A DNA stretch of 48,640 bases from Selaginella moellendorffii (GCF_000143415.4 NW_003314302.1:211810-260449), one strand, 5' to 3'. Shown: positions 23,667 through 37,328, counted from the stretch's first letter. The notes: generated from the letters alone by a model not told the origin. Program-made: numbers and translations.

Positions 23667-24277
23667 CGGACTCGGACTCGGACTCGGACTCGGACTCGGA
23701 CTCGGATTCGGACTCGGACTCGGGCTCGGGCTCGGTCTCGGCCTCGGCCTCGGTCTCGGTCTCGGTCCCGATCTCGGTCTCGGTCTCGGTCTCGATCCCG
23801 GTCTCGGTCCCGGTCTCGGTCCCGGTCTGGGTCTCGACTTCGGACTCCATCTCGGACTCCATCTCGGACTCCATTTCGGGTCCATCTCAGGTCCACCTCG
23901 GACTCCATCTCGGACTCCACTTCGGACTCCATCTCGAACTCCATCTCGGGTCCATCTCGGACTCCATCTCGGACTCCATCTCGGACTCCATCTCGGACTC
24001 CATCTCGGGTCCATCTCGGAGTCCATCTCGGACTCCATTTCGGGTCCATCTCGGGTCCACCTCGGACTCCATCTCGGACTCCATCTCGGACTCCATCTCA
24101 GACTCCATCTCGGGTCCATCTCAGACTCCACTTCGGACTCCATCTCGGGTCCATCTCGGGTCCACCTCGGACTCCACTTCGGACTCCAACTCGGGTCCAT
24201 CTCGGACTCCACTTCGGACTCCAACTCGGGTCCATCTCAGACTCCACTTCGGACTCCAACTCGAGTCCATCTCAGAC
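23667..24277. repeat. Compound tandem array in LTR: 6-mer (GGACTC and variants), 12-mer, ~35-mer
   Basis: Directly visible periodicity. Confidence 0.95.
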
Positions 24278-27200
24278 ACTCCCACGTGTCATGTGTTGGT
24301 CCTTTTGGGTCCCTTTTTGGAGCCTCGCCTTTTGCTCGCTTTGTGCTCGTTCCTCGAGCACTTCGTTGGGAGTTCCACTCCCGCTCTTGACTTTTCAAGT
24401 CGGAGCTTTTGGTCCAAACGTGTTACGCTCGTTTGGCTCTCGCTTCGGCCACTACCATGTGGCGCCCTTCCGGCTCCACTTTGGGGCCTAGGGATTTTGT
24501 GTCTCACAACTCCACCACCCATAGACAAAGTTCGATGTCCTCATCGAACGGTAAACCCTTTCATAAAGTAAAACCCACACGTGTTACCATTTCCATCTTT
24601 GGCACCTAGCCAATATTTGTCTATGGTTTGACACCAAAGGCTCACCATGCCTTGTCCATCCTTTAAGGAGCGTAGTCTCTCCAACTTAGAGACTGATTGG
24701 ACCACATGTAATGGTTCTCTCCTTTTATTGGTTTAGTTCTCGCTAAACCTCTTAGAGACCATTCTCTAAGTCAATCCCACTACTCCTTCTCGAGTAGTCT
24801 CAATTTCCATCGATATAACCTTTGCACTTTGGAACTTTGAATTTTGACTTCTTGGAGTCAATTTCCTAGGTGTCTCTGACACCTTGCCTTGCACCTTTTG
24901 TGCAACTCCACTTCCCATCCTAGAAAGTTCTCTACTCGAGAGCACCATCATCCTCTCTTCTATTTCGTGCCAAAGTTCCAGATATCATACTTTGTGCTAG
25001 GGCTGTTCATGGCCCTATTTATTTAGCTACCTTACCGCTCCCTCCCTTGGAGCTTCCACTTTCGCCAAATCGGAGCATTTCAGAATCCCTCCTTGGAAAC
25101 ACACTTCCTTTCCCGCAACTTGTTAGCGTCCAACACATTAGTGTTCCTCGCCTAACTTTGTCACTTGGATTCCTTCCAAGGGATTCCACGGCCCTATCTT
25201 GGCCACTCATCTTTTGCTCCTATCCGTTGATTGTTGCACCAAGCAACATCGAATCTCTACCTCCCTCCTTGAGGTATTGTTTCGGTTCCATAGCAAAGAC
25301 TCTTCTTTGCCAAGTCCGGTGGATGTTCACCCCTAGTACGTCTCTTTAGCATCTTCTGCTATGGGCTCTATCCACGGCCCAACTTCGTGACCCTCCCATG
25401 GTCTTTTATAGAGACTACTTTCTTCGGACTCACTATGCCATCGCATGGACATAGTTTATTTCCCTTAGGTGCTCTTCCCACTTGGTCATCACGACCAAGC
25501 CACACCACCTTAAACAGTTCAATTTCAACATTTTGAACCAGGAACTTCATTCCTTAGCCAACCAAGGACCTTGTCCTTATCTGGCCATAAGATCACCTAG
25601 TGATCTCACCTTGGCACCTTAACAGAGTTGCCAAGAGGCACTTGGTCTTCTAGACCTCCAAGTTATTGACTATAACCCCGGGGGCATCCCCCACACTTGG
25701 CGGTGCACCCAAGCTAGCCCTTACGGCCAAGGGTTCATAACAACTGAGATTAGGTGTCCCCATCTCACTCACCACGACCTTGGTGCCACTTGCACCAAAG
25801 TGTTCAAGTTAGATATGCTGAGCTTTCACACTAAGCAATTTAACCGTGCATCACGACTCCGAGGCATCCCTCGCTTGGCGGTGTGCCCAAACCAGTCTCC
25901 CCACTGAGAGTCCATGACCACCGAAATATGAGTGTCCTCATATTCCAAACCATCACCACGCCCTAGTGATTTGGGACTCGAACCCAAGCACTAGAGGGTC
26001 GGGACTCGAACCCAACCTCCGTATATGCATCTACGGATGGCATCACACAAGATGCCTGGCGTGACTCCCCACGCCGGTGCACCAACTTATTTTTAAAGCG
26101 CACTACAGATCACAACTTAGGAACCTAGTTCCTCCACACTGCTAAGTCCTCTCACTTGACATGTCTGTGATCATGCATGGACTCCTCCATGCTTGGCCCC
26201 ATGGGCCACCCCTAGGGTATTTGTTCCCTTTGACTTGCCAATCTCACTTAGCAAGTCATCCGGCCACCGTAACATGGTTCATGCATAAGCGTGAAAGTCC
26301 TTAACCATCGACTTTCGTTCAAAGCCCTCTCTTTGAACACTCGGGGACTACTTCCCCAACCTTGATAGCCTCGCCTCATGGCAAGCTTCAAGACCACGCC
26401 TCTGCTGCGCCACTCTGATTTCGCGCGTTCTATGAACCATTTACACTTGGCTTTCTAGGTATCCAATTATCTAGAATTGTCTTTGGGAACCTTTCGAAAA
26501 AACTCCATCCCTTTAGCTTGCTAAGGCCTCTCCTTTCACAAGCTTTCCAATTGCCATATAGTCTAACATCGACAATTCCATATTTTAGACTCTCCATGGC
26601 ATCACGGTTGCTAGCAGCAACACCCTCGAGCCCCCACTTGATTCTCCACTCCCAGCTGGCATACCCAACCTTGGTTATGCCCTTTGATTCCTATGGTTCG
26701 GTTCTATCTCTTTACTTCTTGCTTTTGGCTTCACACCTTTCCTTCAGTCATTCTCCTCCAGACCAGGAGGATAGCTTTGCACTTTCTATCATGCTTTAGC
26801 AATTATTCTTAGGGATGAACCTACCCAATAGCCCAGGGAGTGGTTCCTCAATCCGGGTATGCTCACCTTATAATCCCACACACTGGGATTACATTGTTGC
26901 TTATGGGCCTTTACATGCCCATCACTAGCCTTGCCAAAATTCCATTTTTGGTTTTGTCCAACTCGGGTAGACAGTCCTCTCCTGTCTCCGCAACCTTGGA
27001 CATTTGGATAGCACCTTCTATCCATCATTCGCTAGGGACTTAGTCCCTTGGGCTTTATCCATTGCCCTCGTGACATCAAACACCACCTTCTGGTGTTCTA
27101 GAGTGTTCGGGTGTCCCAATGATGGCTTTCTTGACAATGAGTATTTCATTTTATGACATTGACTTACTATATCGCAACACAAGCAACTTATCCCCCGTAA

Positions 27201-29546
27201 GGGTATATCCGACTTCTCTATGCTATTAAGAAGTCTTGGGTAGCTACTTTCTACCCATTTAACCAGTTATTTTGCACCTCTTGCTTAGTTGCCTCATAGT
27301 TGTTAAGTCCTATAACTCATTGCTTGGTGCTTTCACACCTCCATCATTATCTGGGTCACCACACTCCAACTGCATGCTCTGCAGCTTAGGCTATGCTATT
27401 CCCATTTCCATTGGGATTCTTTTGGCAAGGGGTTCTCATGAACCCACCAACATAGCCTCAAGGTATCACACCTTGGCACATTTGGTGTCTCCACACCATC
27501 GGCTCCACGAGCCTACCTCTATGACACTTTCCCTTCGTGTCTAAGTCTTTGCCAAGACCAACACCGCCCTTTCTCATGCCAACCATCCGTTAGCACTACA
27601 CCATAGAGGTCACACACAACTTTGTGTCAAAGTTGTTTTCTTTTGGGAACACCTTTCCCATAACTTTAGCATGGCACATTTTGCCATCGATGAGATACCC
27701 TCTGTTCTCATCCTTGGATCCTATGATCCCCCCCAATCCTTTGTGGGGTACAACACACCTCAGTCCAAATGCTTCCATCAGTCCTTTTAGGACCATCCCT
27801 TGACTCTACTTGAGTCATCCAGCAGTTTTGGACTTGGTTAATCCACAGACCCTTAAGGTCCTACTTGTGAGGCACTAGCTCACTGGAATACACTTCTTGC
27901 ATTCCTGTCCTACTCAAAAGGACTATTTTCACAAGTGTTACTCCGACACTTGATTTTGTTCTCTGGGGGCAACTTTTGCCCCTTAGGACTACTTGTCCAT
28001 GCGATGAGAATACCACTCATCTCTAAGTACACCCCCAACTCCTTGGGTTGTTCCAGCATTTATTAAAGGTAGCCCCGACTACCATTTCAAGGACTTGAGT
28101 CCTCTTCCGTATTTGACCTCCCACGGTCATTACTTCTGGTCTCACATTCATGAGCACCAACCTCAACTATATGAGGATAATTTTGTGACTCCTTTATTGC
28201 TTTGGAGTCTTTATCTTTCCCGTGATCCCAACTGTAGTTGTTTACCACAACTACATTAGCCAGTTTGCTAAGTCAAACGCTCATCTGGATCACATCCTCA
28301 ACTCAATGAGGGAAACTTTGCACTGTTCCCAAGATCCCAAAGTCGTTCCATTATTGGCCCCTTTTCTATCCACCACCTTGTCTACAAGTTCACACATGAA
28401 CTGTAATGGAGAGCCATGTCTTCCCGACCTGCTACTCCTCAAGGATAGGCCCACTTCTCGGACCTTCCGTTGCCAACACCAGTGGTGATATACTTGAGCA
28501 CCAATAAAAGTCGGACTAAGGAACAGCTCCGATACCAAATTGTAAGCGACTAATTTTTCCATTCTACTTTAGTCACTTAACCACACCTCCGACCACTTGG
28601 AGGAGTCTCATTCACAACCTCCATAAGTCCAATCCAGGACTTGGGACTTGCTAGCCCCGAGAATGGCATCCATGCGACTCAACATTTGCACTTGGTCCAA
28701 GTGCTCCACGTGTCCGATCCCATGACCGACACTCAAAGGTACCACCGACATGCCAGCCCGTTATGCTAAGGCCATGCCCAATCACCTTTGCCACACTAGT
28801 AGTCCATTACCACTTGCATCACAGTCTTGGCTCTCCAAGACTAGGCAAACCATCCGTGAGTGGTCATCTGAGATCCACTCCTTAGCACCCTTAGGATGCC
28901 CACCGACAAGGGGAATAGCCTTCCCCAATATCCCTCTGTCAGTCCCCACTAAGTCCCTTTCTGCCCCTGGCCATGTTTGCCAACACTACCACTGGATCGA
29001 GACCCACAGGCCCGACCACCAAGTCCCACGGTCCTCTGGGACTTCCTCACCACACGACTGTGTCCTTGGTCACTACCCCAGAGGACTGCTCCTCTTCCTT
29101 TCCACAGTCTGGGCCTTTGGGGCAACATTTCGGAACACCGTGGCCTTACGCGAGCCACCTGAGTACTCTCCTCGCCTTTTGCCCTTAGGTGCTCTAGCCA
29201 TGGGCTTAGAGCGAGGTTCCGTTGAGCCACGCCTGGTATCCAAGTAGGTAGTGCCACCCACACTTGGACTGGGAGCATCGGCCAGTCGATCTCCCGGGGG
29301 AACTAGAGCCGGCTCTTGAACACTTCACCAAGCTACCCCGCTTGTCGGTCCGTATTCACTCTAGTCTTGGACTTCCCAGTGGTCAGTTCATCACCCAACA
29401 CTGGGTCTGGCCTTCCTGGGCCAAACTGGCCTTTCCTAGCCAAACTGGCTCCATTACAGTCCTCCCCCTTACTATACTTTTGGAGCTCACCAAACCCCCC
29501 AGGGTCTGGGAGACGAACGCTTTGGGCTTTCACCCTCTCAGGCTCC

Positions 29547-29996
29547 GGACTCACTCGGACTCGGACTCGGACTCGGATTCGGACTCGGACTCGGGCTCGG
29601 GCTCGGTCTCGGCCTCGGCCTCGGTCTCGGTCTCGGTCCCGATCTCGGTCTCGGTCTCGGTCTCGATCCCGGTCTCGGTCCCGGTCTCGGTCCCAGTCTC
29701 GGTCTCGACTTCGGACTCCATCTCGGACTCCATCTCGGACTCCATCTCGGACTCCATTTCGGGTCCATCTCGGACTCCATCTCGGGTCCATCTCGGACTC
29801 CATCTCGGACTCCATCTCAGACTCCATCTCGGGTCCATCTCGGACTCCACTTCGGACTCCAACTCGGGTCCATCTCGGGTCCACCTCGGACTCCACTTCG
29901 GACTCCAACTCGGGTCCATCTCGGACTCCACTTCGGACTCCAACTCGGGTCCATCTCGGACTCCACTTCGGACTCCAACTCGAGTCCATCTCAGAC
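29547..29996. repeat. Shorter version of the same array in the second LTR
   Basis: Same units, ~160 bp shorter. Confidence 0.95.
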
Positions 29997-30227
29997 ACTC
30001 CCACGTGTCATGTGTTGGTCCTTTTGGGTCCCTTTTTGGAGCCTCGCCTTTTGCTCGCTTCGTGCTCGTTCCTCGAGCACTTCGTTGGGAGTTCCACTCC
30101 CGCTCTTGACTTTTCAAGTCGGAGCTTTTGGTCCAAACGTGTTACGCTCGTTTGGCTCTCGCTTCGGCCACTACCATGTGGCGCCCTTCCGGCTCCACTT
30201 TGGGGCCTAGGGATTTTGTGTCTCACA

Positions 30228-31073
30228 CCAATATCTTGTATATGGAGTATTATGTTCATATTGGACAAGCATATGGCTTGATAGCATGAGTTTAGTGTTT
30301 AGGTCTTGTGAAGGCAACTTGAAGAGTGATTGTTGGTTGCTTTGTAACTAGTGATTGCTTATAAATTTTGTCAAAGACTGTTTGACACTTGCTTCACTCG
30401 ATGATGATTTAGTAGTGATGGGTTTGTTTTACCGGATGGTGTTACGGAAGATTGTGTTGTTAAACTTATATGAGTTTTTCATGTTGGCATGTCGACTCTA
30501 CCTCTATCGATATCATTTGGTTGCGTTTAGTCTGTGGCATTAGATTTCATTGAGTCTTGGATGTGGTGAATCACTCCTTGATGATGTGTTATTTGTAACT
30601 AAATTTTATTGAAGAATTAATGTCAAATATTAACTAAAGTATCTTTGACTTTGGTTAGCTTGGCCGGTAGAAAGCTTTGAGTGGTGAATCACTCTTGCTT
30701 TTTTTTTAGCTTTGTTATGGTGTTGATGGCATTGAAGTGATGCCTTGTTATTGACAATATTGATGTTGAGATTTGAGTGAAATGACATGTCTCTCCTTAA
30801 GATTGATATTGAGTTTCATTAGTCTCAATGAAAATAGTATTGATGATTTGGTTGTAGCTTTGTGTTATTGGCAACCGTGCATTTGCTAATTAGCAATTGT
30901 ATTGACATTCAAATGAACTAAGTGGCAAGTTGAGTTAGTTATATTTTAGACGAGATTGCTTGGTCGAGGTTGAGCTTTGAGCTTTTCTTTGAAAAATGAT
31001 TCAATTGTGGACTATGCTAACTTTATGAGAGGAAGAGTTAGTAATTGATATTGAAGTGATTGAATCCTTGTTG
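30228..31073 (+). mobile_element. Continuation of family-A internal region, truncated at ~31073
   Basis: Reverse complement of 4437-5281. Confidence 0.85.
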
Positions 31074-32039
31074 AAGCTAATTATATTTGCTAAGACAATC
31101 AATATTTATTCTCTATTAATAATATAAACTTATTATACTTTATTTAACTAATAAAAAACATTTTTTCATTTCACTTTTCATTTATATACTTAAGAGTGTT
31201 CTTTTCACAATACTGCCCATAGTACTTATATGTCTTTATTTTTGTCTTTACCATCTCAAAAAATATTTTATAGTAGTCTTTCGAGTGTGTGATATTGCAG
31301 TATGTCACAAGAGCATATATACCATCATAATGATCATCACCATTGTTTTCATCGAAAGCTAGAAAATATATAAGGCATTACTTGAAAGTCACAAAATTGT
31401 AATTTTCAATGGGATGACTATTGTGGCTTCTAGCCCTTGAATTACTACTCTAAAAAGAAAGATTATAAAAGTTAAAATTACCAACATTAAAACTCACAAA
31501 CATTTATGTGTGATTCCTTCTCTTCAAATAAAAGTGTAAGTGAAGATATATAAATTCTAGACATTATACTATGACAAACCCCTCAAGAATATATTCTAGA
31601 GAAGAATCAAGTCTCACTTTTATATGCAACAAATTTACATCAATAGTTTTTCCTTTCAAATGGTTATATGGTTTTATATAAAATCTATTTAAAATTTAAT
31701 AATTTTTTAAATTTTGACAAACCTGATATTTACTAGCCAGAAAGTATAGAGTATATATTTAAGGAACTGACAATAATACTTTTTTTGCAAACATCTTATT
31801 TTATATTCTAATAAACATCCCTATTATGGCATATAATTAATATTTTAAATTATTAAATTAGAAGTGTCTTTTAGAAAAAAATTATCTATACAATATGTAG
31901 AGAGTTATGAAATTATTAAGTTTGCCATAACCTTAATATTTTAAAGTTTATAATGTTTGTATTAAATTACAATTGAAAATTAAACTTAACTCATGAACTC
32001 AACTCTTCAGCTCATAAGCTCAAGAGTGGTCCATACTCT

Positions 32040-35000
32040 CACAAATGAGCAGTAGAGGTTACATCTCTACAAGTCCCTGCCAACTAACTAGAAGAATGTA
32101 GTTGAGAGCTTGCTTCTCCAACTAGGATGACTTGGGTAGATACCATGAGGAGTCTTTGTAATGTTGTGGTCATGCAAAGTGAGAGAGTGAAATGCCATAG
32201 GCTATATATGCTTTACAGGCTCTTGGTGATGCCAAGGTGGCAAAATTGCATGCCGCTGTTAATGCCTAAAAAGGGCAAAATTCTGTGGCATTTGGGCATG
32301 CCAAGCCTAGACTTGCCAAGAATCAATGTGCTTGGAGATGGGCTATTGGGCTCAAGATTGCACTTCTTTGAAGCCTGTTAGCTTCAAAGCTAGCTAGCTA
32401 CAACAGCAAAAGCCAAACTACTCAAGAGTGATGGAATTGCTATAATAAATAAGGTTAAGAAAGAGCTCTACAATGTAGAGGTAGTTGGAACACCAAGTAG
32501 GTGGCTTCTAAACTTTGGTTATACTAGTCTTATGGGCAATAAGAAAAATCTTTTTTAGTGTTACCAATTGAGTGTTGGAAAATGTGGTGTTCATTTATGT
32601 GACAATATCACTATCCCCAAGGCATTGGGCAATTTTAGCTCTCACTTGATTCACATATCTTAGCGACAAACATTAAGTTTTGTTGCAAGATAAAGATATG
32701 CATGGCACCATCAAATGTCATGGTCCTTCAAGATGCAATGGTAGTCTTTAATGCAAAGGGAGTCTCTTTGGTTGATTTTAGTGACTTTCACATGTTTGGT
32801 ACATAGTTGTTTCATGAGCCATGCACTATGGACTTGTATGAAATCACTACTGCCAACCAGGTTAAAGCCTTTCAAACCATTGAGGTAGATTCTAGTGTGG
32901 AGCTCTAGCACAAGAGACTTAGTCATATGCATTACCAATCTCTTTAGTAGATGAAATCCCAAGATATTATTACTCAATTGGATTTTTGACATATTCCATT
33001 TATATTTAGTGAAGCTTGTATTCTAAGCAAACATCACTGCCAAATTTCTCACTAAGCAAGCATCAAGCAATTGGACTTTTGGACTTAGTCCATTCTGATC
33101 TTTGTGGCCCCATAGACATGCTAAACCACAATGGCACAAAGTAGTTTTAACAATGAGCTTTGGGGCATTTGTCATGATGTAGGCATATGACCACAAGCCA
33201 TAGCCCACTAGACCCCCTAACAAAATGATGTTCCGGAAAGGAAGAATTGCATTATTGTCAACGTTACTTGTGCTTTGTTAGTTGATGCACATCTTGGTAA
33301 AACATTTTGGCAACAAGCTATAGCCACAGTAATGCATGTCCAAAATTGCCTTGCACAGTTGCTTTGGATGGAAAAACCCTTGAGGCATTTTGGACACTTG
33401 ATCTGTCCCACTTTCAAGTTTTCAGTTGTGCAGCATACGTGCATACCTCTGATCAAATTCAGAAAAAGTTAGATCCCAAAAGTACAAAATTCATCTTCAT
33501 AGGATATGCACAAGATGACAATCAGGAAAAAAGCTTATAAGTTGTGGGATCTTGCATCTCACAAAACCCTTGTAAGCATAGATGTCATATTCAACAAAGA
33601 TGACTTTCCCATGCATACAAAGGCTGTTCAAGATCCTTCTTCATTTTGAAGACTTGACTTGTTCCTTCGATCCCACTTATGGGAGATGGTCTCCTTTTGC
33701 CTCCACCTTTAGATCTTATTCATGAGTTGCCACTAGAGATTCCATTGGGGAATCCTCCACTTTTAGACATGCCTGAATCAATTGATTCTCTCTTCCAATC
33801 AAGGATAGGCCTTTGACACCTCCACCACTTTGTCAATGTTGTGGCATGCTTGATCCAATGCTAGTTCTTGATCACCCCCAAAAATATCAGCCCTCATTGA
33901 AGAAAGTCTGGGAAAATGCTGAAGCAGATGCTATAAAGTTTGATGACTTTTATGGCCTTGTTGATATTGGCATCCCCATGATCTATGATGAGGCTGTCTC
34001 AAAATCTAAGGTTCCATCTTGGATGGAAGCTATTGAGGAAGAAGTTGCTTCCATTCAGGTTAATAGCACTTATGTTCCAATGGATTCAACTCCACCAAGA
34101 TGACGGGTTTTGGATCCAAAATGGATTTTTTTCCAAAAAGTATGGGAAAGATGGTTAAGTGGTATATTATAAGGCATGGTTTGTTATTTGCAAATTTTGC
34201 CAAGTCCATGGCCTTGACTATGATGAAACATTCTCACTAGTTGCAAAAATGGCTAGCCTCCATACCCTTTTTTGCACTTGTGGCTACTCGCAAATGGCAA
34301 GTCCACCATATGGATGTCAAAACAGCATTCTTGAATGGGGATTTGCAAGAGGACATCTACATGTATATACCTCTTGGTTTTGAGGATGATGTTGCCTCTA
34401 GTGACACTATACAACAGAACACACAAGTTTGTGAGCTTCATGGCGGCTTCGTTGCTACCATACTAATCACAATGTGTATGTGAATGGTCATGCTGAGAGC
34501 ATGTTTATTTTGGCCCTCTACATTGATGATTTGCTCATCAAGGGTGATGACACCAATGCCATTGCTGCTCTAAAAGCTATTCTTAGCCAACAATTCCAGA
34601 TGAAGGGCCTTGGCTAAGACTGTTACTTTCTTGGCTTTAAGGTCACACATGATCTTGAGTCTGGTGGCTACATGCTTAGCCAATGATGTAAAGTAAAAGT
34701 CTTGCTAGATCGGTTTGGTATGCGTGATTATCACCCCGTCAAGACCCTAATCGTTGTTGGTGCTATCGACCTCATAGTTGAGCAGTCTGGTGAGCCTCTA
34801 CTCACTGGGACTCTCATCACTTGCCTCACATATTTAGCCTTGATGACTTGCCCTAATATCACATATGTGACTATTGCCTTGAGTTAGTACAATATATTGC
34901 CAACCAGTATACATTGGCATACCAAGCATATCAACAGAAACCTCCAAGGCACCATGGACTGCAGCTTTGTTTATTCAGGGGGTGATGCATTATTGACATG

Positions 35001-35466
35001 TTACACAGATGCTAGCTTTGCCAACAACAAAGGCCATCACTCGACTTCTGGTATTTGCCTTTCCTTCTGGGCTCCAAGCAATAATTTGTGGTGGCACTTT
35101 CTAGTGCAGAAGTGCAATACATTGCACTCACTACTGGTAGCAGGGATGTGGTCTAGGCTTGGGAGTTACTTGCTGAGCTGGGATGTGCACAAGCTGGCCC
35201 CACTACTTCTTGGTGTGACAACTAAAGTAGTATTGCCATGTCCAAGAACCAAAAGCATATTAAGTCCAATTTCACTATGTGTGTGAGTTGGTTGATAGTG
35301 GTACCCTAGCAGTCCAACATCTCGGGACAGAGGACATGCCAGCCAACCTTCTCACCAAGCCGTTGGGGCCACACCAGTTTCAGCTCTTATGTGACAGATT
35401 TGGTTTGGTGAGTGGCTTTGGTTTGGGGTCACCACATAGACATTAGGGCTTCCTGTTTTGTCAGCT
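32040..35466 (+). mobile_element. Degenerate Ty1/copia gag-pol remnant
   Basis: LDLVHSDLCGP (integrase), KKLDPKSTKFIFIGY, HHMDVKTAFLNGDLQEDIYM and LYIDDLLI (RT), CYTDASFA / WCDN / NLLTKPLG (RNase H) in Copia order; many stops and frameshifts; LTRs not identified. Confidence 0.92.
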
Positions 35467-35488
35467 AGCCCAGTGCTCTTTGATCCTC

Positions 35489-35639
35489 ACTATTGTCTAG
35501 AGACCACAACTCATGCAACTGCAGCTTCTCCAGTGAGTGGCATCCTCAATGAGTGACTTCCAGCACTTGCATACAACCTTGCAGTAGACAAGGTCTGGAA
35601 TGGGGAGCCACACCAAGATCCAGCAGACGCACTTGTCTG
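35489..35639 (-). pseudogene. F-box gene 5' fragment, copy 3
   Basis: Direct similarity to 15188-15340. Confidence 0.85.
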
Positions 35640-35700
35640 ATAAAAGGATAAAAGGATGAACAAAACTCTTGAGTATATAGATAAATCACTTAATGTTTAA

Positions 35701-35774
35701 GGTCTATTAGCTCAGTTGGTCAGAGCATGTTGTTAATAATGTCAAGGTCTCAGGTTCGAAACATTCATAGGCTA
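35701..35774 (+). pseudogene. Degenerate tRNA-Ile(AAT), copy 3
   Basis: Shares the substitutions of 13124-13197 plus two more. Confidence 0.83.
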
Positions 35775-35833
35775 TATATTTTCCTCTCTATTTAAGGTGT
35801 TCAGTTTGGGAGGACGAGGGCGAAGTAGGATAC

Positions 35834-37105
35834 TGCCACGTCCTCGTCCAAGAGGAAGAGAGATTTCTCGGTGGAGCAATGGACGGAGGAGGATTTGGAG
35901 GCCACCGCGGCCGCTCCCACCGTCGTGACCTCGATGATGAGCCTCTACAACGCCATTGCGATTCTCGAGGTGCCCAGGGATTCGCCCAGTGAATTCGCGG
36001 GAGCTAGATTGCTGCTGCTGGATCAAACACTCTCATCTATAGATCATTTGGTTCTTTTTGTGGTGATTGAGAGAGTTTTACGTCCCAATGTAGGAAATGT
36101 TCATAGTATTTACAAGGAGGATTCTGTGTGGGTCGGGTCATACTGGATAAACAACTTCCGTTCTTGAGGAAGGAGTTATGACTACTTTGTGTGATTGAAG
36201 GACGAGTTCTCCTCGCTTCCACCGATCATTCCCAGAGGTCCCATTGCAATTCTAGGACTGGTAAGAGCTTTTCGATTTCTTCCTAGCTTTCCTGGTTTTT
36301 CTGTGTTTGATCATCAGGGCGGTGGTACTGCTGCACGATTGCTGCTCCACTTGTGGCCGGAGCGAGAATTGATAGGCTTGGAAATTGATGAGATCGTGAG
36401 TAACTCTTTGACACCGTCAATGCAAACTCTTACGTCGTTGAAGCTTGCAGCTAATTGACAAGGCAAGGGATTATCTCGGCTTGTCGAAAACAAACACGGT
36501 GGAGGGCTTACAATTCACATCGACGATGCTCTCTCGGATGCAGATGATCCCAAGGGTGGATTCGCAGGTAGCTCGGTGCAACCTCTCTTTTTTTTGTTAA
36601 TCTTTCGACCTCAGGCATTGTCGTGGATTTGTTCTCAAATGGCGATGTTCTGCCAGTTCTCAAGGAGGTGAGAAACGAGTTGTAGTCTCTGCGGAGCATC
36701 AGATCACTGATATCTTTTCCTGATTCTTCCTTCTAGGCAGAGACATGGTTTAAGCTCAGGAAAAGACTGAGCCCCGGGGGCCGGATCATGATCAACTGCG
36801 TAGAAGAGCAAAGACATGGACATGACGATGATGAAACTCTTGAGTCCACAATTACGGGCGAGAACCATGTTCTTTATGCGATGTCAAAGGCATTTCCAGG
36901 CGAGGTAAGATTTTTTTTTTCTCCATTTCCTAATACTTAAAGCGCTTACGAGTTGAAGGAATCGCAGGTGAACTGGCGGAAGCTTGATCAAGTGAATAAC
37001 AAAATTGCTTTCACGGGTCCCCTCCCCAATCTCACACAGTGGTCTCAGGCTGTTCCCGAGAGGCTGCGAAAAGGGACACTACAGTGGAAGTTTTTCATCC
37101 AGTGA
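35834..37105 (+). pseudogene. SAM-methyltransferase-like pseudogene, copy 3
   Basis: Same 5' truncation and intron-2 GT>AT as copy 1; intron-1 donor deleted; 13-nt deletion in exon 5. Confidence 0.87.
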
Positions 37106-37328
37106 AGAAAATGCTTCCTTTCACTTTTTCATTGTTGTTGCTGCCATAGTTTGCTAATCGATCAATCCATCTTTGGCTGGACAAGTGCAGTTTTTTTTGC
37201 TTTTCTTCATCAGTTTCTCCAGTGGATTGCATCTAGTACGAAAACGTTTTCGTACGACCAAAGCCACGCAACCTTTTGAGCCGAAATTGAGGCCCAAAAA
37301 CTTAGGGTAATCTTCCGAGACGCACAAG

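Larger units (their letters stand above)
22663..30227 (-). mobile_element. Young non-autonomous (LARD-like) LTR retrotransposon, family B
   Basis: Near-identical LTRs 22663-24508 and 28541-30227 (TG...CA); perfect TSD CCAAT; minus-strand PBS TGGTATCGGAGC (~28526-28537) and PPT GGGTGGTGGAG (~24510-24520); no long internal ORF; empty site at ~5277-5281. Confidence 0.93.
15717..31073. repeat. Right arm of large inverted duplication, interrupted by family-B element 22663-30227
   Basis: Reverse-complement similarity to 4437-13077. Confidence 0.9.

Noticed and set aside
23667-24277. Possible CRISPR-like array
   Set aside because: Contiguous tandem units with no unique spacers, in a eukaryotic LTR context
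23385-24491. Long RS/SR-, GL-, DS- and ME-repeat ORFs (also 29264-30281) resembling SR proteins
   Set aside because: Six-frame products of a stop-free tandem array inside LTRs; frames differ between the two LTRs and no RRM is present
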